Assembly (NCBI GenBank): GCA_040387835.1 | Contig: JAZKCZ010000002.1 | Span: 183,074 to 247,073 of the forward strand | Origin: Myxococcota bacterium | GTDB taxonomy: Bacteria; Myxococcota; UBA727; JABDBI01 | Reading direction: 5' to 3' | DNA length: 64,000 nucleotides | Shown here: in pieces, positions 58,072 to 64,000 of the stretch | Position numbering within the stretch: position 1 is the first letter of the stretch | Layout of the letters: every line of letters starts with the position of its first letter | The notes under the pieces: generated by a model | Seen by the model: the letters and a program-made list of their open reading frames with translations, nothing else | Databases searched by the model: none | Told to the model about the DNA's origin: nothing | Program-made: the position numbers and the translations under genes

Positions 58072-59343
58072 ATGCGCTATTTGTCTCAAACAAGTGACGA
58101 CGTTCAGGCCATGCTAGCCGCCATCCAACGGCCCTCCGTTGAAAGTCTTTTTCAAAGCATTCCGGCTGCAAATTTTTTAAAGCGATCGCTTAATTTGCCA
58201 CCTGCGATGAGTGAAATTGAGCTTAAGATCATGCTAGCAGATCTGGCAGGAACCCCTCCGAAAGCCTCTTTTTTGGGTGCAGGTGCGACAGCTCATTTTG
58301 TACCCGAGATGGTTTCGCAGATGCTGCTACGCGGCGAATGGCTCACCGCTTATACGCCCTATCAGCCAGAGGTTTCTCAGGGCACTTTGCAGGCCATCTT
58401 CGAGTTTCAAACCATGGTTGCCTCTTTGTTTGGATTAGAGATCGCCAATGCATCGATGTACGATGGCGCAACGGCTCTGGCTGAGGCCTGCTTGATGGCC
58501 TGCCGGCTTAGGCCACAGGCCCAAGCCATCCAGTTTCATGATGGGATACATCCCGAATATATAGAAACCTGCAAAACATTTTTAGGCGCTGCAGGAATTC
58601 GAATCGTAAGCTCAGGCCCTGTCGCAGCCTATGTGTACCAAAATCCGAACTTTTTTGGCCAATTAGAAGATCAAAGGACGATCATTGCCAAAGCTCATGA
58701 ACAAAGCGCGCTGGCGATCGCTGTTTGCACCGATCCAGTCGCTTTAGGAGCTATCCAATCTCCCGGCTTTTTAGGAGCAGACATCGCAGTCGGAGAAGGC
58801 CTGGGATTATGTGGGCATCTAAGTTTAGGAGGCCCTGGGGTTGGCCTATTCGCTACAAAGAAAGAATTTTTGCGGCAAATGCCAGGGCGCTTATGCGGCC
58901 AAACCACTGATATGAACGGTAAGCGAGGCTTCGTTTTAACGCTGTCCACTCGCGAGCAGCATATCCGGCGCGAGAAAGCGACGTCCAACATTTGCACTAA
59001 CCACAACCTGATGGCGTTAGCTTTCAGCATGGCGCTCTCTTTGTATGGAAAATCAGGCTTCAGAAATCTAGCTTATCAAAATATCAAGAAAACGCTTTAT
59101 TTCAGGCAAAAGGCAGCGGCCTCCGGACTGAATATCACCCAAGTTGGGCCTCATTTTAACGAAACATTAATAGCGCTAACGCCAACGCAAGTTGTACAAG
59201 CTAAGCAGCTTGAGCAAGATGACCTTTTCCCAGGCGTTTGGGTGGGGCAATGGTTTCCCGAACTGGCAAATCACTTGCTGGTGTGCACCACCGAATTGCA
59301 TACGAATGAGCAAATAGATGCTTTGGTGGAGAGCTTGTCATGA
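58072..59343 (+). CDS. gcvPA: glycine dehydrogenase (decarboxylating) subunit 1
   Basis: N-terminal half of P-protein; RBS AGGAGG upstream. Confidence 0.9.
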   Translation: MRYLSQTSDDVQAMLAAIQRPSVESLFQSIPAANFLKRSLNLPPAMSEIELKIMLADLAGTPPKASFLGAGATAHFVPEMVSQMLLRGEWLTAYTPYQPEVSQGTLQAIFEFQTMVASLFGLEIANASMYDGATALAEACLMACRLRPQAQAIQFHDGIHPEYIETCKTFLGAAGIRIVSSGPVAAYVYQNPNFFGQLEDQRTIIAKAHEQSALAIAVCTDPVALGAIQSPGFLGADIAVGEGLGLCGHLSLGGPGVGLFATKKEFLRQMPGRLCGQTTDMNGKRGFVLTLSTREQHIRREKATSNICTNHNLMALAFSMALSLYGKSGFRNLAYQNIKKTLYFRQKAAASGLNITQVGPHFNETLIALTPTQVVQAKQLEQDDLFPGVWVGQWFPELANHLLVCTTELHTNEQIDALVESLS

Positions 59344-60764
59344 TCGGGCGCACCAATTTCGATTTCGATGAAAAGCTGCTGTTTGAACATGGCTCTAAAG
59401 GCAGATGTGGCGTGGATTTGCCGGCAATGCACTTAGCAGATGACGAAGTTCGTCAAATGCTTGGAGAACACGAACGTTTGCTACCCAACGAACCGCTGTT
59501 GCCTGAATGTTCTGAGCCTGAAATCAACCGGCATTATACGCGCCTCAGCCGCTGGAACTTTTCAATAGATACGAACTCGTACCCGCTGGGCTCGTGCACC
59601 ATGAAATACAATCCTAGGATTAATGAATGGGCAGGACGATTGCCTGGCTTTTCTCAGCTCCACCCCTATCTACCAAAATGGCGCCTTAAAAATGCTTTTT
59701 ATCTGATGTCGGAGCTCGAAAAATATCTTGGCGAAATCGGCGGTTTCAGCGGTGTTTCTCTTCAACCTGCGGCAGGCGCTCATGGCGAATTTGCAGGCGT
59801 TATGATGATTGATAAGGCGTTAAAAGCTCGCGGTGAATCTCGCACCAAGATGTTGGTGCCGCACAGCGCCCATGGGACCAACCCCGCCTCCGCCGCGTTT
59901 TTTGGCTACGAAATCGTCACGCTGGAAAGCGGCGCAGACGGCTTAATTAATCTAGAAGAGCTCAAATCTAAAATGGATAACCAGTGCGCTGGGATTATGA
60001 TCACAAACCCAAACACACTTGGGCTATTCGAAAAAAATATCTCAGAAATCTGTCAGGTGGTCCACGAACATGGAGGCTTTGTTTATGGAGACGGGGCTAA
60101 CTTAAACGCCTTGATGGGCATCGTTAGGCCAGGCGATTGCGGCATTGATGTGATGCATTTCAACCTACATAAGACCTTCACCACGCCCCATGGTGGCGGC
60201 GGCCCCGGTTGCGGCGCTGTCGGCGTATGCGAGGAGCTTAAAAAATTTCTACCGGAGGCAGGCGAGCAGTCAATCGGACGCATCCGAAGTTTTTACGGCA
60301 ATTTTGGCATGATGGTCAGAGCCTTTACCTATATGAGAGAGATGGGTCCTGATGGTCTCAAAAAAGCTAGCGAAATGGCTGTTCTCAATGCGAACTATGT
60401 CAAAGCGCTATTACGGCCCTACCTGCACCTGCCATACGAAACAGACTGTTTACATGAAGTTGTCTTCACGGATAAAAAGCAAAGCGCTCAAAACATCAGC
60501 ACACTGGATATTGCGAAAGGTCTAATCGATAAAGGCATTCACCCACCGACTGTGTATTTTCCGCTGGTGGTATCAGGCGCCATGATGATTGAGCCAACCG
60601 AAACCGAATCCAAAGAAGATTTAGACAGATTATGTGAAGCATTCATCGAAGTGCTTCACGAAGATTCGGCCAAGCTAAAAATCAGCCCTACCCACACCGC
60701 CCTAGGCCGTTTAAACGAAGCCAAGGCAGCAAGAAATCCGATATTGGTATTTGAGCATGACTAA
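59340..60764 (+). CDS. gcvPB: glycine dehydrogenase (decarboxylating) subunit 2
   Basis: PLP-binding C-terminal half of P-protein; 4-bp overlap with gcvPA. Confidence 0.9.
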   Translation: MIGRTNFDFDEKLLFEHGSKGRCGVDLPAMHLADDEVRQMLGEHERLLPNEPLLPECSEPEINRHYTRLSRWNFSIDTNSYPLGSCTMKYNPRINEWAGRLPGFSQLHPYLPKWRLKNAFYLMSELEKYLGEIGGFSGVSLQPAAGAHGEFAGVMMIDKALKARGESRTKMLVPHSAHGTNPASAAFFGYEIVTLESGADGLINLEELKSKMDNQCAGIMITNPNTLGLFEKNISEICQVVHEHGGFVYGDGANLNALMGIVRPGDCGIDVMHFNLHKTFTTPHGGGGPGCGAVGVCEELKKFLPEAGEQSIGRIRSFYGNFGMMVRAFTYMREMGPDGLKKASEMAVLNANYVKALLRPYLHLPYETDCLHEVVFTDKKQSAQNISTLDIAKGLIDKGIHPPTVYFPLVVSGAMMIEPTETESKEDLDRLCEAFIEVLHEDSAKLKISPTHTALGRLNEAKAARNPILVFEHD

Positions 60765-61542
60765 AAAAAGTATCTATGTTGCCAAGCCTCCCGATTCGCG
60801 TGGATATGTGGATTACACACCAGAAGAAGACGAAACTTGGAGCATTTTGTACCAGCGCCAGCACAAAATAATCCAGGGGCGCGCTTGCGACGAATATCTG
60901 ACAGGTCTCGAGCTGCTGGCCATTCCTAAGGACAAGGTTCCGCAATGTCCTGAGATTAGCGAGCACCTAAAAAAAGCGACCGGTTGGGCAGTTACCCCTG
61001 TTCCAAAAATCATTTCCATCGATGCGTTTTTCGACCTGCTTGCCAACAAGCATTTCCCAGCAGCTACGTTTATCCGCACCCGTGAAGAACTCGATTATTT
61101 GAAAGAGCCTGACATCTTCCATGAGTTTTTTGGCCACTGCCCGCTGTTGACCAATAAGGCGTACGCGGATTTTATCGAGTCCTACGGGAAAATGGCGCAA
61201 CGTGCCGATCATAAAACCCGCTCAATTTTAGGCAGACTTTTTTGGTTTACCATTGAGTTTGGTTTGGTGAGCTCCGCGAAAGGCCTTAGGGTTTATGGCG
61301 GGGGTATTTTGTCATCTTACACAGAAACAACCTATGCGCTTCAAAGCGACGTGCCAACGCGTCTGCCATTTGACATTCGAGAAGTTATGAAAACCGCCTA
61401 TCGATATGACGAAATTCAGAAAAAATATTTTGTGCTAGATTCTCTTAAAAGTTTATTTAAAATAATTCAGCTCGATCTGCCTGCCTTGGCAGAAAAAGTC
61501 GCGCTAAACACCGACCAGGACCAGGATTTTATTACATGTTAA
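60751..61542 (+). CDS. phhA: phenylalanine 4-hydroxylase (bacterial aromatic amino acid hydroxylase)
   Basis: HEFFGHCPLL iron-binding motif. Confidence 0.9.
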   Translation: MSMTKKSIYVAKPPDSRGYVDYTPEEDETWSILYQRQHKIIQGRACDEYLTGLELLAIPKDKVPQCPEISEHLKKATGWAVTPVPKIISIDAFFDLLANKHFPAATFIRTREELDYLKEPDIFHEFFGHCPLLTNKAYADFIESYGKMAQRADHKTRSILGRLFWFTIEFGLVSSAKGLRVYGGGILSSYTETTYALQSDVPTRLPFDIREVMKTAYRYDEIQKKYFVLDSLKSLFKIIQLDLPALAEKVALNTDQDQDFITC

Positions 61543-61856
61543 AACATTGCAAACCTTGTGAAGGTGGCGTTTCACCCATGTCTTTAAAGGATGCCAGTAC
61601 GCGGGTTCAACAACTTAAGGGTTGGAGCTTAAGCCTAGAGGGCGACAATATCTCCAAGTTTTGGCTATTTAAAAACCATTACCAGGTCATGGCCTTTATC
61701 AATGCCATTGCGTTTATATCGCATCGTGAAGGGCATCATCCGGACATTACTTTTGGCTATAATAGTGCCAGAGTTATCTATACGACACATGCCGTTAAAG
61801 GCTTATCAGAAAATGACTTTATTTGCGCATCCTATATTGATGCGCTATCGGAGTAA
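61536..61856 (+). CDS. phhB: pterin-4a-carbinolamine dehydratase
   Basis: EGHHPDI motif. Confidence 0.85.
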   Translation: MLKHCKPCEGGVSPMSLKDASTRVQQLKGWSLSLEGDNISKFWLFKNHYQVMAFINAIAFISHREGHHPDITFGYNSARVIYTTHAVKGLSENDFICASYIDALSE

Positions 61857-61861
61857 GCTAT

Positions 61862-62458
61862 ATGTTTATCGCTTTAGAAGGCATTGACGGATCCGGACAC
61901 ACGACCCAAGCCACCGCTTTAGCAGAAGCTCTCAAAAGGCGCGGTCGTAAAGTTTTTGTTACCGCCCAGCCCAGCAGCGGTCTAATTGGCAAAATTATTC
62001 GCGATTTTTTGCAAGGAAAAGTCACGCAAGAAGACCACTTCCCCGAAGCCCTCGCACTATTATTTGCTGCCGATCGACTGCATCATATTAGTAATGAAAT
62101 CAAACCCAAGTTAGAACAAGGCATCGATGTTATCTGCGACCGCTATGTGCTATCCAGCTGGGTTTATCAAGGTCTTGAGGTTAGTGAAGACTGGGTTCGG
62201 CGCATCAACCAATTTGCGTTGCTGCCAGATTTAACCCTCCTCATTGATACGCCTTTAAGCGAGGCAACCCAAAGACGCGAAGCCCGCGGCGGTGTGGTTG
62301 AGATTTTCGAAACCCAAGATCTGCAAAGAACCATTCGGGAGCGCTATTTAGAACTCGCACCCTCCATACATGCCCATATCGTTGAGGGTAGCGGCACACC
62401 CGATGAAGTCACTCAAAGACTCCTGGAGGTCGCTTGGCCCAAATTATCGGCATCTTAA
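61862..62458 (+). CDS. tmk: thymidylate kinase (P-loop Lys replaced by His)
   Basis: EGIDGSGHTT P-loop and DRYVLSSWVYQG match Tmk. Confidence 0.75.
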   Translation: MFIALEGIDGSGHTTQATALAEALKRRGRKVFVTAQPSSGLIGKIIRDFLQGKVTQEDHFPEALALLFAADRLHHISNEIKPKLEQGIDVICDRYVLSSWVYQGLEVSEDWVRRINQFALLPDLTLLIDTPLSEATQRREARGGVVEIFETQDLQRTIRERYLELAPSIHAHIVEGSGTPDEVTQRLLEVAWPKLSAS

Positions 62459-63207
62459 ACATCACGCCCGATAGTTGTTCGGATGGCGGGCTTTATATGG
62501 AAACTTACAAGGCTGTTGAGCATGCACACCAAATGCTCTCCGATGGTGCCGCATGGATTGATGTCGGTGGTGAATCCACCCGTCCCGGCGCTACACCCAT
62601 TACCCCTGAAGAAGAGCTCGCCAGGGTGCTGCCCGTCATAAAAGCGCTGATTGCCAGCGGCGTGCGAAACCTCAGCATCGATACCCGTAATGCTACCACC
62701 GCGCGCAGTTGTTTAGAAGCTGGAGCGCTTTGGCTTAATGACGTCTCCGCTCTAAGCCACGATCCTTATATGCTCACCCTGGCAAAGGACTTCGAGCATG
62801 TCACCCTTATGCACATGTATGGCGCATCACATGATATCATTTCTGAAATCGCCACTTTTTTAAAAAACCGAGTCGAAATAGCTGTAAACGCAGGTGTCTC
62901 GCTTGGGCGGATTTCTATTGACCCAGGCATAGGTTTTGGAAAATCCGCTGACCAAGACTTCACGATCTTGAAAAACCTTTCAGCTTTCTCCCCCATTGCC
63001 CCGGTATACGCAGGCCCGAGCCGCAAAAAATTTATGGGGCCGCTTTTGGGCTTGCCAAATTATGGGCCTGAACGCGATTACGGAACGATTGGAGCCGTGC
63101 TACACGCCGCTCAAAATGGTGCAAGTTACATTCGGGTTCACAATGTGAGAGCCGCTGTTGATGCGCTCAAAGTTTTGGGCGCCATCATGTCTGCGGGTAA
63201 TCTCTAG
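62434..63207 (+). CDS. folP: dihydropteroate synthase
   Basis: ILNITPDSCSDGG N-terminal motif; pterin-binding domain. Confidence 0.9.
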   Translation: MAQIIGILNITPDSCSDGGLYMETYKAVEHAHQMLSDGAAWIDVGGESTRPGATPITPEEELARVLPVIKALIASGVRNLSIDTRNATTARSCLEAGALWLNDVSALSHDPYMLTLAKDFEHVTLMHMYGASHDIISEIATFLKNRVEIAVNAGVSLGRISIDPGIGFGKSADQDFTILKNLSAFSPIAPVYAGPSRKKFMGPLLGLPNYGPERDYGTIGAVLHAAQNGASYIRVHNVRAAVDALKVLGAIMSAGNL

Positions 63208-64000
63208 GAACATAAAAATACGCCCGCATACTAAACAAAAGCGCAGCCAAAGCCATCAGCCCAGCAAATACCCAAAAGAAGCTGACCAAGGGGAGCGCCG
63301 CAAATCGCGCTGTGAAAGCTACCAAAATATTGCCAAACGCTACACTTAAAAGCCAAAAGCCCATGACCGTTGATTTCATACGTTTAGGAGCTTGTGTGTA
63401 AGCAAACTCAAGCCCCGTGATAGATACCAAAACTTCGGCAATGGTTATCAATGTATATGGCAGTAACTGCCACCCGACGTGCAGTTGGTTGCCGCCATCC
63501 AGCTGAGCTTGGATCACAGCAACAACCACGAACGATACGCTGGCGATACCCATGCCTACGGACATACGCACAAGAGGCTTAATATGCCCAAACAGCTTGG
63601 ACATCACAGGGATCAAAAGCATGATCAAAAGCGGGTTTAAACCCTGAATCTGCGAAGCCAAGAGCTCTACGCCACCCAACTTAAGATTCATCATCTGTGC
63701 TTGGCGAATCCAGGAGGAGCCGTGCTGATCAAACAGCGCCCAGAAAATGCTAACGAAGAGAAAAATACTTACAATTCTCAAGACAGCCAAAGTGCCTTCG
63801 ATAGATTCTTCACTGAACTGCTGGCGGATGGCTGATGCCCGGACAACCGCCCTTCTGGGTTGCGGATTGCCCGACGATGTCGCCATGGAAAACACGACGC
63901 CAATATTGGCAATTCGCATCATCATGCGCTTAAACCAATCGGAAGTCGCTGCAACAGACACTGCCAAAAAGCCATCGTCTGGAGAATGGTTTTGCCTAAC
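63185..64000 (-). CDS. POT-family (proton-dependent oligopeptide) MFS transporter, C-terminal part; gene continues beyond the window
   Basis: FWALFDQ motif; ORF open to the window edge. Confidence 0.7.
   Translation of the reverse strand, partial: VRQNHSPDDGFLAVSVAATSDWFKRMMMRIANIGVVFSMATSSGNPQPRRAVVRASAIRQQFSEESIEGTLAVLRIVSIFLFVSIFWALFDQHGSSWIRQAQMMNLKLGGVELLASQIQGLNPLLIMLLIPVMSKLFGHIKPLVRMSVGMGIASVSFVVVAVIQAQLDGGNQLHVGWQLLPYTLITIAEVLVSITGLEFAYTQAPKRMKSTVMGFWLLSVAFGNILVAFTARFAALPLVSFFWVFAGLMALAALLFSMRAYFYVPRDYPQT

Noticed and set aside
1-64000. CRISPR arrays, tandem repeat arrays, IS elements
   Set aside because: No regularly spaced direct repeats, transposase or inverted terminal repeats were seen. 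The only repeats are the short palindromic elements reported above.

Overview
The window is a 64 kb chromosomal segment of a Gram-negative (diderm) bacterium; it encodes BamA, BamD, Skp, RseP, MurJ and type IV pilins. GC content looks close to 50 percent, judged by eye. Coding is dense, with many co-directional and convergent gene overlaps. Most genes are housekeeping: murI, xseAB, rmuC, clpPX, rnhB, rplS, ribD, serB, greA, ctaB, a fused trpE(G)-trpD-trpC(F) operon, a leucine/ketone-body operon (3-hydroxyacyl-CoA dehydrogenase, acyl-CoA dehydrogenase, HMG-CoA lyase), ald, tilS, rpsA, and a gcvPA-gcvPB-phhA-phhB-tmk-folP block. There are two tRNA genes: Leu-CAA at 7909-7995 and Ser-GCU at 16712-16801. 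I found no integrase, transposase, CRISPR array or prophage. The observations I rate highest: (1) a 23-nt perfect palindrome is translated in-frame at the domain-fusion junctions of two unrelated fused genes, E1alpha-beta and TrpE-TrpG. (2) A second family of C6/G6 hairpins occurs in-frame inside tilS, as the rpsA terminator, and at the window start; this resembles Rickettsia-palindromic-element-like in-frame repeats. (3) A lower-GC three-gene insert (receiver domain, small membrane protein, membrane-anchored AAA+ ATPase) appears to have deleted the 3' end of ispA. (4) Several unassigned proteins are candidates for follow-up: a Pro-rich protein with a bilobed hydrophobic hairpin, a small secreted Cys/RGG-repeat protein, a 40-aa basic ORF with a strong Shine-Dalgarno, and a degenerate Mrp/complex-I-like membrane module. 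I cannot point to a clear multi-gene novel system; the AAA+ module is the best candidate.
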